Part shown: one piece after another, positions 11,893-24,774 of the stretch
Layout: each line of letters opens with the position of its first letter
Numbering within the stretch: the first letter of the stretch is position 1
Source of the DNA: Malacoraja senta
Taxonomy: Eukaryota
Length of the DNA: 64,000 bases
Reading direction: 5' to 3'
Assembly (NCBI GenBank): GCA_038087875.1
Contig: CM075992.1
Coordinates: 6,202,001-6,266,000, forward strand
Position numbers and translations under genes: made by a program
The notes under the pieces: model-generated
What the model was told of the DNA's origin: nothing
Database searches by the model: none
What the model saw: the letters and a program-made list of their open reading frames with translations, nothing else

Positions 11893-12756
11893 CCCACACC
11901 TTTGACCACAAGTCCATCGGGCAGTGGTCAGCACGGAACGTCCTGCAGGCACTGCAGGGAAATGGCTCGCTGGATCCTGTGGCGTGGTTCCCAGAGCAGA
12001 CTGCCCAGCTTGTCTGGCGAAATGCCTCATCGCCAGAACTCACCAACAAGCACCAAGACCTGGCTTGGCTGGCGGTGAGGGGAGCCCTCCCAGTCAAATC
12101 CTTCCTGCACCGTCAGAACCTCACTACCAGCGCACGCTGCCCTCGGGACGGCTGCTATGGAGAGAGACGGTTGCCCACCTCTTTGCAGAGTGTGGATTTG
12201 CAAAGAGAGTCTGGAGAGGTCGGCAAGGGTCCCTGTCACAGTTTATTCTGAACAGCTCCGTCACAGAGGACTGTGATTTACGGACTGTTCCCAGGGACAC
12301 ATTCAGAGACTGACATCGAGTGCTGCTGGAGGGTCATCAACTCGGTGAAAGACGCTCTTTGGTCTGCCCGAGCGTTGTTGACCACCCAGCGGAGCGAGAT
12401 GTCCGTCGGGGAATGTTGCCGACTGGCCCGCTGCAGACTGCAGGAGTACATGCTGAGGGACGCACTGAAGCTCGGTGCAGCCAACACCAAGGCTCGGTGG
12501 GGGAGGGCCACAGTCTAGGGTCCTTCCGCTGCTGGACATGGGGGGCAGGGTGTGGTGGAGACGCCCCTCAAAATAAGGGAAGGGATTCCACGCCAGTGGG
12601 CCACATGAATGGCAAGGGTATGGGGTAAAATTGTGATTTGGGGAAACTGTATTGTATTTATGTATAGCCTCCGAGAATGTCGGATGGAGTTTTGTAAGGA
12701 TCATGTATTGTATATATTTATTTCTCGAATAAAGTCTATTTTGAAATTTTAAAAAT
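11893..12756 (+). mobile_element. Tx1 (L1-clade) retrotransposon 3' end, zf-RVT region plus 3' UTR, frameshifted
   Basis: Frames give WRNASSPELTNKHQDLAWLAVRGALPV...CPRDGC / ETVAHLFAECGFAKRVW / IYGLFPG...KDALWSAR. Ends with AATAAA and an A-rich tail. Confidence 0.85.
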
Positions 12757-13504
12757 GAATGGCTGGTGTCCACTGTCTCTCTCGGCTGGACCTGCTCTTC
12801 TCTGATCGTCCCGGCACTTTCATGCGCTTTTGACGGCTATGTGGGACAGATCACATCTGCTGCCACTGCTTCCATGTTTGGGCATTGGGTCACGTTTGAA
12901 TACCCAAAGCCAAAGAACATCAAGTCTAATCACGCCCTGACTCAGTGCAGAATGCAACTATGAGCTAATGCACAGAAGCAAAATCAGCAACTGAAGCACT
13001 ACCTTTACTTCAAAGCATGGCCACCCAACCAATCCTCCCCCACCCAAGTAGGACCAGCTTCAAAGTCATCTTGTGTGGCTCAATGTCTGCGCTCGTTCTC
13101 ACCATCTCTCTTCGTTTTAAGCCAGCGTCTGCAGCTCCTTCCTACACCCAAATAACTGATCGATTGAATGGATTAAAAGGTACAACATGAGCATTGGGCA
13201 TGAAAGCATGAGACTCGGTGGGCCGAAGGGCCTGTTTCCCCACGCTCTATCTCGAACGTCTAAAGTCCCACTTCTCAAACATCATGGCAACGACTGTAGA
13301 GGTGTTGAGGGAGCTCACTCCGTGTCCGATGAGCAACGCGCTAAGATTGATCTCAGTTCCTCTCTGGAGGGTCAACCCTTGATGAAGATGGTTGCTCCGG
13401 ACTGGATCTGATCTTGTGCCCTGATGATCAAGAGGTGTGAGTGTGACTTACAGTATAGAGCTAGAACTCCCCACCATGAGGTAAACGCCACCCTGCCCAA
13501 CAAA

Positions 13505-13707
13505 GGCCAAGTTTTCCCGAGACCGCTGGGCACCGCGGGAGGAGGAATGCATCCTTAATAAGGATGGTGATATAGTCGTATAATTAGTATATATCGTATT
13601 GAAGAATATTTGTTTGACCTGTATTATGGTGGTGGGTTTGTTTTGATTCATTTCGTACTGTACATATTATTGTAAATAATCGAAAAATTATTTTGGTTAA
13701 AAAAAAA
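13505..13707 (+). mobile_element. Second Tx1-type family 3' tail; related ORF fragment at ~30905-30960
   Basis: RDRWAPR..ECIL-like terminal codons, an AT-rich UTR and a poly(A) end. Confidence 0.5.
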
Positions 13708-14953
13708 TCTTCAAACAAAGGCCAAGTTACAACAGACACAAGGGATAGTTCATTGCAGATCTACCCTGGTGGCGTTCAGAGGGACAATTCCCTAGGAAGG
13801 AACTGCAGATGCTGGTTTAAACCGAAGATAGACACAAAAAGCGGGGAGCAACTCAGTAGGTCAGACAGAATCCATAGAGGAAAGGAATAGGTGATGTTTT
13901 GGGTTGAGGCCCTTCTTCAGTCTGAAGTATCTTGACCCCAAACATCACCTATTCGTTTTCTCCAGAGATGCTGCCTGACTCGCTGAGTTACTCCAGCTTT
14001 TGGCGTCTATCTTCTATAAGACTTCAAAGTCTGAAGAAGGGTCCCAATAGACAATAGACAATAGGTGCAGGAGTAGGCCATTCTGCCCTTCGAGCGAGCA
14101 CCGCCATTCAATGTGATCATGGCTGATCATCCACAATCAGTACCCCGTTCCTGCCTTCTCTCCATATCCCTTAACTCCGCTATCTCTAAGAGCTCTATCT
14201 AACTCTCTCTTGAAAGCATCACCTATTAGTCCCGACCCGAAACGTCACCTATTTATATTCTCCAGAGTTGTTGTCTGACCCGCTGAGTTACTCCAGCAAT
14301 TTGTGTCTTTTTTTTCATGACTTTGGTAAGAGGGTTTGATTGATTGATTGAAAGATACAGCGTGGCAACAGGCCCTTCGGCCCACCAGGACCATGCTGAC
14401 CATCGATCACCCGTTCAAACTAGTTCTGTGTTATCCCACTCTCTCATCCACTCCCTACACACTAGGGGCGATGCACAGAGGGCCAATGAACCTGCATTCC
14501 CGCACGTCTTTGGGGATGTGAGAGGAAACACACGTGGTCACAGGGAGGACATGCAAATTCCACACATAGAGGTCGGGATCTGTGGCGCTGTGAGGCAGCG
14601 GTTCTACCCGCTGCACCACCGCGCCGTTCTGGAAACAGAAGGGTTAATCATTTCAAGTGTGAGTACAGTTTTGAATGTTTTTTTTTACCATGACAGCAAA
14701 CTGCTGCTGGAACTTGTCGAAAAGTCGAGTCTTAGCTTACTAGGGGAATGCATAGTGTGAATGTTTACACACTGAATCAGACAGAGGGAGGTCTCCTCAG
14801 CTCTTCATGCCTGCACTCGCTCTGTGAATGAGTCTCACTAGTTCTGCTCCTTATCTTGTTCCTCTCAGGCCCACAAAACTTTCTCTTCTAAAGTATATAT
14901 TCAATTCCCTTTTCAAAGTGTTCCAATGAATCCTCATCCGAAGCACATTCGCT

Positions 14954-15257
14954 GTTTAGTTTAGATTCGAGATACAGCGCGGAAACAGGCCCTTTGGCCC
15001 ATCGAGTCAGCGCTGACCAGCGATCCCCGCACGCTAACACTGCCCGACACACACTTGGGGCAACTTTACATTTACACCAAGGCAATTAGCCTACAAACCT
15101 GTACGTCTTTGGAGCGTGGGAGGAAACCAGAGCACCCGGAGAAAACCCACATGGTCACAGGGAGAACGTACAAACTCCGTACAGACAGCACCCGTAGTCA
15201 GGGTGGAACCCGGGTCCCTGGCGCTGTAAAGCAGCAACTCTACCGCTGCACCACCGA
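14954..15257 (-). mobile_element. V-SINE; further copies at 14340-14627(-), 15423-15700(+), 18422-18680(-), 23188-23495(+), 30620-30898(+), 31070-31322(+), 33126-33440(-)
   Basis: Same head/core/tail as 8279-8588. Confidence 0.88.
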
Positions 15258-18200
15258 GCTGGCCTGTGAGCGTTGTGATCCTATTAATGTCCACGGGTTT
15301 GGACTTGGAGTGATTAGTGGACTAGTGATTTGGAGACATAAATAAAGAAACAAAGTGATATGTTGGGGGCTATTTGTTTTCAGTTGGTTAATTGAATAGG
15401 GCTGACATTTAAAAACTATCAAGGGCAGCACAGCGGCACAGCTGGTAGAGCTGCTGCCCCCCAGCGTCAGAGTCCCAGGTTCGATCCTAACCTCGGGTGC
15501 TGTCTGCGTGGAGTTTGCACGTTTGCTAGGTTCTTTCAGTCACTCCGTGGGTTTCCTCCGGGTGCCCCGGTTTCCTCCCACATCCCAAAGACGAGCGGGT
15601 TTGCAGGTTAATTAGCCCCTAGTGTGCAGGGAGTGGATGAGCAAGTGGGATTACGCAGAATGGGTGATCGATGGTTGGCGTGGACTCAGTGGGCTGAAGG
15701 GCAAACACTCACGTACATGCGCCTACACACACACACATACAAGTATGTGCAAGCATGTATACACATGTACATACACACAAATATGTGCACACACATGCAC
15801 ACACATACATGCACAAATGCACACGCAAACATGCACACAATGTATTTCTAAACATTTAAACATTAGTAATGGAGGTTCCAATTCTAATGAATAGGCATAA
15901 ACTAAACCTAGTTCACTGTAGTACTTCAAGGATCTTGTACATGCCTGGTCTGGTATTCACTTGATTATAGACCACGATACAGTGGCTGACTCTACAGTGG
16001 CAGATAAACCCACTCTGTTGAACCAAACCACCACAAGGTAGTTGAAGGTTACCCACAACTATTCACAAGATAGAACAGGCCCTTCGGCCCACAATGTCCG
16101 TGCTGAACATGATGCCAAGATCAACTAATCTCCTCTGCCTGCATTTGATCCATATCCCTCCATTCCCTGCATATCCACGTGCCTATCCAAAAGCCTTTTA
16201 ATAGACAATAGACAATAGACAATAGGTGCAGGAGTAGGCCATTTGGCCCTTCGAGCCAGCACCGCCATTCAATGTGATCATGGTTGATCATCCCCAATCA
16301 GTACCCCGTTCCTGCCTTCTCCCCATATCCCCTGACCCCGCTATCTTTAAGAGCCCTATCTAGCTCTCTCTTTAAAGTATCCAGAGAACCGGCCTCCACC
16401 GCCCTCTGAGACAGAGAATTCCACAGACAAGATAACAGGACAAGGAGGAAATGATACCATTCCCAGGGCGGAGATATCAAAGACTACTACATGGCGGAGC
16501 TTTAAGTTGAGAGGAGCAAAGTTTCCACGCTGTATCACCACGTGGTCACAGGGAGAATATACATGGCAGCACCCATGGTCAGGATCGAACCCAGGACCCT
16601 GGCTCTGTGAGGCAGCAACAATACCGCTGCGCCACTATGCTGTCCCTATAAACGCCACTATCGTATCTGCCTCCACCACCACCCCTGACAGCGCGCACCC
16701 TCTGTGTATAAAAACTTGCCGCGCACATCCCCTTTCATCTTGGCCCCTCTCAACATAAAGCTGAGCACTCTAATGAGAGAGGACAACAAACACAGCACAG
16801 AGAGAGAGAGAGGGGGGGGGGCACAATAACTGCTGAGATGCTGAAAGGCGTGGCATTAGGGAGAGACAGTGACTGAGAAGTGTGAGCTGTGCAGATAAAA
16901 GAAGAGAGAAAATTGGATGAAACATGAAGATAATGAGCAGCAACTGGAGAAAATAAAAAATCAAAGGAGGGAGAGAGAGTGACAGAATGAGAAAGTGAGA
17001 GAGAGAGAGTCACAGAGAGGCATATATACATGGACACATGCACACATGCACACACCCATATGCACATATGCACACACACAAGCACTCACACATACATGCA
17101 CCTACACACCTATACACACATAAACATGTGCACACATGCACATACATACACATGCACATGCACGCACAAACATGCACACAAACACGTACGCACAGACAGA
17201 CATGCACAAACGCATACACACATGCGCGCACACACACACACACGCACAGAAGGAGAGAGTGAGAGGGGGAGAAAGAGACTGAAAATGATGCAAACTGGAA
17301 GAAAGAGACAGAGAGAAAAAGCATATGGAGATAAAGAGCGTGCAGACAGAGAGAAACAGAATGCAGACACCTGAAGGACTGGGATAAAAGACCCTGAGTT
17401 GTGGGAGGGAGAGAGGCTGTGTAGATGCAACAAGCAGAGGCAGAGATGGGTGAAGACTCTGTTTGATGACAAGACGCAGAGTTCTTTCAGAATTCCAGGA
17501 GTAATCTGCAATAAGTGCTGAGTCCAATTGCACGCTTCAAGCTGGGGCCTAGACCAATTGGCATGGTGTCTACTTGCCTTAATGACACCTGGTTGCTGTT
17601 GTGTGTGGAGGCGTCAGGCTCAGGTTAAACCGGTGTCAACTTGCCCAAAGTGAAATGGATCAACTTTCATTACCTGCTGTCAATGAACATAATCTGCCAT
17701 GACGCTGCGAAACAATGAGCACAATACATAAAAGGGCACAACGAGCCAGAGTAACTCAACGTTTAAGAAGGAACTGCAGATGCTGGAAAAATCAAAGGTA
17801 GACTAAAATGCTGGAGAAACTCAGCGGGTGAGGCAGCATCTATGGAGCGAAGGAATAGGTGACGTTTCGGGTCAAGACCCTTCTTCAGACTGTTGCGTCC
17901 CCCCACCCCACATCAGTCTGAAGAAGGGTCTCGACCCGAAACGTCACCCCTCCATGGATTCTGTCTGACCTGCTGAATTACTCCCAGCTTTTTGTGTCTA
18001 TCTTCGGTTTAAACCGGCATCTGCAGTTCCTTCCTACGCAGAATCGAGGATCGTAGTCTCAAATTAAGGGGTCAGTCGTTACAGGTAGAGGTGAGAAAAA
18101 ATGTCCACTCAGGCTGGTGGGTCTTTAGAATTCCCCACCTATGACAGTGTAGGCTGAGTAGCCGAGTTTATTCAAAAACTTTGATGGAAAGATTAAAAAA

Positions 18201-19369
18201 TATTAATCAAGGTAAATGTGGGTCAGTAGAAAGTGGCGCTGTGGTGGAACCATCTTACTGAGAGGAGAAACTGGTGTGAGCAGTCCTTGTGTGCCAAGGC
18301 CCCCCCTAGATCTCGAGGCCTTAGGCTTAAGCCTATGAAGCCAATACGTAAATCCGGCCCTGCTTACGATGGGGCCTCAGATCAACATCTCATCTAACCA
18401 GAGGCACTTCCCTCAGTACTAGTTTTAGTTCAGAGTTTAGTTTGGAGATACATCGCCGAAACAGGCCCTTCGGCCCACCAAGTCCGCGCCGACCAGCGAG
18501 ATCTATCCTGCACACGCCAGGGACAATTTACAATCTTTACCGAAGCCCATTAACCTACAAACCTGCACGTCTTGGGAGTGTGGGGGGAAGCCAGGGGCTC
18601 CCGGGGAAAACCCACGCAGTCACAGGGAGAACGTGCAAACTCCGTACAGACAGCGGCCATAGTCAGGATTGAACCCTGTTTTCAGGAGAGAGTTAGATTT
18701 AGCTCTCAGGGCTAAGGGAATCAAGGGATATGGGGGGAAAAACAAAACGGGGTACTGATTTTGGATGACCAGCCATGATCATATTAAATGGTGGTGCTGG
18801 CTCGAAGGGCCGAATGGGCTACTCCTGCACCTATTTTCTATTTTTCCATGTTTTCCACTGTAATACAGAAGCTCTAGCACTGCGCCAGTCTGGTGCCTTA
18901 AACTACAGCAGAGGAGAGCGAAGGATTTGAAGCAGGGATCTGTGAAAGGCGTCTGGACCATCCAGAACTTTCACTTAATTGGATGAGGATATAATCTAAA
19001 CCTGGCAAGCTAAAGAGCCCGAGGGAAACGTTTTAAATTGGCGCGGGCAGCTCCCAACTCATTGCATAGCATCTCAATTAGTGTGAGAGTGTCGGCGCAC
19101 AGCAAATGGCAGGATATGGAGAATTGGCGTTGATTCAAACAGTGATTCAAATGATTGAAAGTTCGGCTCAGGATCCCAATGTTGCTCTGGTAGCTGGAGA
19201 CAGGAAACACAGGGAAAAGCATCGAGGACCAGAGCCCCCAGGAGCTGGAGGGTCTTTAATGCAGGAGGAGGTTCAGATAGAGACAAGTCGTAGTCATACA
19301 GCACTTCAGCCCAACTCATCCATGCTAACCAAGATGCCCCATCAACGCCAGTCCAATTTGCAAACATTT

Positions 19370-19845
19370 AAAGTCAAGTCAAGTCAAGTTTATTTGTCAC
19401 ATACACATACAAGATGTGCAGTGAAATGGAAGTGATAATGCCTGCGGATTGTGCAAAACTACAGAACAGAATAGAACAGAACCAATATTTACATTTTGGG
19501 GAAAAAAAAGACACAACAGAAAATTAGTCCCTGGTGAGATTAGAGTTTACAGTCCTAATGGCCTGTGGGTAGAAACTCCGTCTCATCCTCTCTGTTTTCA
19601 CGGCATGGCAACGGAGGCGTTTGCCTGACCGTAGCAGCTGGAACAGTCCGTTGCTGGGGTGGTAGGGGTCCTTCATTCTCTTGCTGGCTCTGGATCTGCA
19701 CCTGCTGGTGTATAGGTCCTGCAGGGGGGGGGCGAGTGTAGTTTGCATAGTGCGTTCGGCCGAATGCACTACTCTCTGCAGAGCCTTCCTGTCCTGGGCA
19801 GAGCTGTTCCCAAACCAGATCGAGATGTTACCGGACAAGATGTTA
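19370..19845 (-). mobile_element. Rex1/Babar LINE 3' end
   Basis: ORF 19524-19838 reads ISIWFGN...LQRVV...HPSNGLFQLLRSGKR...SFYPQAIR; (GACTT)n tail. Confidence 0.85.
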
Positions 19846-20279
19846 CCAGTACATTTCTAGTTAGTGTACCAATTGATGAGAAGGCACCAAATGCTGGCCT
19901 AACTCATGGACCTATCCATGTTCTCCATGGGATGCTGTTGTGTTACTCCAGCACTTGGTAAATCAGCATCTGCAGTTCTTTGTTTCCACATTTTGATAGC
20001 TCTATGATTATCATCTTTGAGTCAGAGAGTGGAGGCTACAAATCGTACTCAGGCACCAGATCCAAGGTGTGATAAGCAGTGCCATGCTGAAGGTTTTGTG
20101 TAGTTAGTTTAATTCATTGTCACGTGTACTGAGGTATAGTAAAAAGCGTTTTGTTTCATGTGAACTAGTCAGCGGAAAGTCTACACATGATTACAATCGA
20201 TCCATCTACAGTGTACAAACACATGATAATGGGAATAACGATCAGTGCGAGGTAAAGTCCAATTAAAGGTAGTCTGAGG

Positions 20280-20688
20280 CAAAGATCCTATAGCGGAGCA
20301 AGATAGACCACTCCTGCTAAATGCAATGGGCTGACGTGTAGTACGCAACGGAGTGGAACGTGGGCCTTTTTTTCATCCATTTCAGTAACCCGACCCAACC
20401 CGACCCGACTCGCAGTGTAATCAACGTTGCGGGGGAACAGTTTGTGTTAATAAATTAAAATTCTGAAAATGAGGAGAAGATTTTTACCAATGAATTTTTA
20501 TTTTTACGAGGATGTTTCCGTAACCGGCTTCCGTCTCCGCACTAGTATCTTTGCTCCGCTGTGGGATCTTTGGTGCGGAGACGGAAGCCGGTTACGGAAA
20601 TGGGGCCGAAGATTACCCATGAATCTGCCCATGACCGTACTACGTCTTTTTCGTCGAGTGGGCTATCTTGCTCGCTATAGGATCTTTG
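20280..20688. mobile_element. MITE with 8-bp TSD (hAT or P superfamily)
   Basis: TIRs CAAAGATCCTATAGCGGAGCAAGATAG / CTATCTTGCTCGCTATAGGATCTTTG; TSD GTCTGAGG at 20272-20279 and 20689-20696. Confidence 0.88.
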
Positions 20689-21317
20689 GTCTGAGGGTCT
20701 CCAATGAGGTAGATGGGAGATCAGGACTGCTCTTTAGTTGGTGATAGGATGGTTCAGTTGCCTGATAACAGCTGGGCGGAAACTGTCCCTGAATCAGGAG
20801 ATGTGCGTTTGGAGATGTGAATCAGGAGATGTGCCTCTTGCCTGATGGGTGAGGGGGGAAGAGGGAGTGGCCGGGGAGAGACTCATAGGTGGACTGAATT
20901 GTCCCAGTGTGGGATTGGGATGCCCATCCAAGATCCCGCTAGTATTCCCGGTGGATTTAAACATCCCACCAGCAACATGAATGAGGGAGCGGAAACAGTC
21001 TCCCAATGTCCTGGGTGGCATTTAGCCAACAACCAGCCTCATTAAAATGTTAGAGAGGAAATCACAGTCTGAAGAAGAGTCCCAACCCAAAACGTCACCT
21101 ATCCATGTTCTCCAGAGATGCTGCCTGACCCGCTGAATTACTCCAGCACTTTGTGTCTTTGTTTTCACAAAGATAGTGCGGGAGCTATCTGTGCATGTAC
21201 GGTTGCTCCACTTACACACTTGTTCAACATTTCCACTGGCTCAGAATTACTGACTGGTTAGCACGCAACAACAAGTATTTCACTGTACCTCGGTACATGT
21301 GACAATAAACTAATCTC

Positions 21318-21661
21318 GGAGAGGGAGAGGGGAAGAGGGAGGGAGAGAGGGAGCTGGAGAGGGAGAGGGAGAGAGGGGGAGAGAGGGAGGGAGGGGGAGG
21401 GGGAGGGGGAGGGAGAGGGAGAGGGAGAGGGGGAAAGGGAGAGGGGAGAGGGAGAGAGGGAGAGGGAGAGGGAGAGGGAGAGGAGAGGGAGAGGGAGAGG
21501 GAGAGGGAGAGGGAGAGGGAGAGGGAGAGGGAGAGGGAGAGGGAGAGGGAGAGGGAGAGGGAGAGGGAGAGGGAGAGGGAGAGGGAGAGGGAGAGGGAGA
21601 GGGAGAGGGAGAGGGAGAGGGAGAGAGGGAGAGAGGGAGAGGGAGATAGGGAGAGAGAGAG
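21318..21661. repeat. (GAGAGG)n polypurine tract; (GA)n at 49264-49610; polypyrimidine tract at 56068-56430
   Basis: Directly visible. Confidence 0.95.
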
Positions 21662-24574
21662 CCACAACCACGGCACTCCTGGATATGATTTATGGGTGAA
21701 TGAGGTGGCAAGTGCCTCCAGCTATTTCCCTGGACACGAAGACAGCTGCAATTGTAAACTCCCAGCTTGTCACAACCTGCTCTGCACAAACTGGCTAGTG
21801 CATGCTTACATTTAAAGATTATTTCACAATACTCCAACCCACTCAACTTACCTGAAGTCAACTCTTTATGAAGTTATTATACGGCCAAAAGACACAGCCA
21901 GGCACATGGATAGGAAGGTTTAGAGGGATATGGGGCAAATATGGGGCATGTGGGACCAGTGTAGAATGGGGCATTGTGGTCAGCATGGGCAAGTTGACCG
22001 AATGGCATTTTTTTATACTTTACTTTACTAAGACTATTCTGGTGGTCTAATAACACTTGTCTCACCACACGCTACATCTTATGGTCAAACTCTGTCCGAG
22101 TTTCAACATCCTCTGAGATCATGGATTCGCTGCCACAGAATGCCAATTCACTGGAAGTATTCAAGTGAGAGTTATTTAGCTCTTAAGGCTAACGGAATCA
22201 AAGGATATGGGGGAAAAAGTGGGAATGGGGTACTGATTTTGGATGATCAGCCATGATCATATTGAATGGCGGTGCTGGCTTGAAGGGCCAAATGGCCTAC
22301 TACTCCTGCACCTATTTTCTATGTTTATGTTTACACCTGTCTAAATGTCTCTTAAATATTGCCTCAACTACCTCCTCCAGCAGCTCATTCCATACACCTA
22401 ACACCCTTTGTGTTAAAATGTTGCCCCTCAGGTTCCTATTAAATCTTTCCCCCCTCACCTTAAACCTATTGCCTCTGGTTCTTGATTCCCATACTCCGTG
22501 AAAAATACTCCTTTTCTGTGGGGCACTGAGGAGAGGGGTAGGAAGTGAGGGGGATTTCGGAGAGAAATGGGAGGAGGATGGAGGGGCTGTTAGAAGTTAC
22601 CTAAAATTGAGGAATTCATTTGGAATGGCAAGATCTTCATGCAGTGCCTGATGAAACCACAGGTGGTGATCTGTATGACTGCTGGCTGCCTCACAGCATA
22701 GAACATAGAACCACATAGGAACAATGTGCAGGAAGGAACTGCAGGTGCTGCTTTAAACCGTAGACACAAAAAGCTGGAGTAACTCAGCAGGACAGGCAGC
22801 ATCTCTGGATAGAAGGAATAGGTGACGTTTCGACACGAGACCCTTCTTCAGACTGATGGAGAACCACATAGGAACAAGATGCTTAACTGAGACACCAACA
22901 CCTGTCATAAGGAATTCAAGGACATCTCACACCTACTTTGTTGCTTGATAAGATGGTCTCACCAGATTTGCCTTCATATTTGTTTTAACTTTTTGACGCA
23001 AAGCCGTGGAGTGTGTTCATAAGTTCGTAAGTCTTACGGGGGCAGAATTAGGCCATTCGGCCCATCGAGTCTACTTTGCCATTCAATCATAGCTGATCTA
23101 TTTTTTCCTTTCAATCCCATTATCCTCCATAACCCTTGACACCCTTACTAATCAAGAATCTGTCAAACTCCGCTTTAAAACTATCCAAAGTGGCGCAGCG
23201 GTAGAATTGCAGCCTTACAGCACGCAGCACTGGAGACCCGGGTTCCATGCTGACTACGGGCGCTGTCTGTACGGAGTTTTCCATTCTCCCCGTAACCGTG
23301 TGGGTTTTCTCCGAGATCTTCAGTTTCCTCCCACACTCCAAAGACGTGCAGGTACGTAGGTAAATTGGCTTGGTAAATGTAAAAATTCTCCTTAGTGTGT
23401 GTAGGATAGTGTTAACATGCGGGGGTTGCGGATCGGCACCGACCCGGTGGGCCGAAGGGCCTGTTTCCGCGCTGTATCTCCAAACTAAACTAAACAGAGA
23501 CTTGGCCAAAGTATTGAATAACTCAGCGGGTCATGCAGCATCTCTGGAGAACATGGAAAGGTGGCATTACAGTTCGGGAATCATCTCCAGTTTGAATGTA
23601 GGGGTGGGAGGGAGGGGGGGAGAAGAAACTGGGAAAGAGGAGAGGCAAGGAGCATGGCAGGTAATAGGTCGACATGGACAATGTTTGCGCCAAACATGAT
23701 GCCAAGTTAAACCAATCTCCTTTGCCTGCACTTGATCCATATCCCTCAATTCCCTGCATGTCCATGTGCCTATCTAAAAAAGCTTTTAAAAAGCCACTAT
23801 CATATCTGCCTCCATCATTAACACTGGCAACTCGTTCAAGGCCCCCACTACTCTCTGTGTAAAAATACTTGTCCAACATTTTTTTAAATTTTTTTTTTAA
23901 AAAAAATTAAATTTTTTTTATTTTTATTTTTTAATTTTTTTTATTTAATTTATTCCGATTATGTGTTTTTTTTTGTTTTGTTGTGATTCTATGCATTGTA
24001 AGGTGTCCTTGGGTTTTAGAAAGGCGCCAGTAAATAAAATGATTATTATTATTATTATTATTATTATATCTCTATTAAACTTTCCCCCTCACCTTATAGC
24101 TACGCCCTCTAGTGGGCATTTCCACTTTGCCCTATAGCGGCCGCTCAATATTTTATATACCCTACTTCTATCAGGTCTCCCCTCAACCTCTGGACATATG
24201 TTCTTGAAAAGCAACGAGAATCTCCAAAACATAAATTAAACATGTACAGTACCTTGTCAGGCATCTCATGTGACTACACTGCGTGCCGTAAATTTGAGCC
24301 CATTATTTAATAAAATACAGCAACATAAATTATGCTTGGTCATTAATTACACAAGCGCTTTATTCAAAAAACGTATAAATCACACATGTAAAACACAAAG
24401 TGGCTGTACGTCAAAGCGCAAGTGTAAGATTATAGGAGCAGAATTAGGCCATTTGGCCCATCAAGTCTACTCCACCATTCAATCATGGCTGATCTATCTC
24501 TCCCTCCTAACCCCATTCTCCTGCCTTCTCCCCATAACCCCGACACCCATACTAATGAGGAATCAATCTATCTC

Positions 24575-24774
24575 NNNNNNNNNNNNNNNNNNNNNNNNNN
24601 NNNNNNNNNNNNNNNNNNNNNNNNNNNNNNNNNNNNNNNNNNNNNNNNNNNNNNNNNNNNNNNNNNNNNNNNNNNNNNNNNNNNNNNNNNNNNNNNNNNN
24701 NNNNNNNNNNNNNNNNNNNNNNNNNNNNNNNNNNNNNNNNNNNNNNNNNNNNNNNNNNNNNNNNNNNNNNNNNN
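24575..24774. other. Assembly gap (200 N)
   Basis: Run of N. Confidence 1.
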
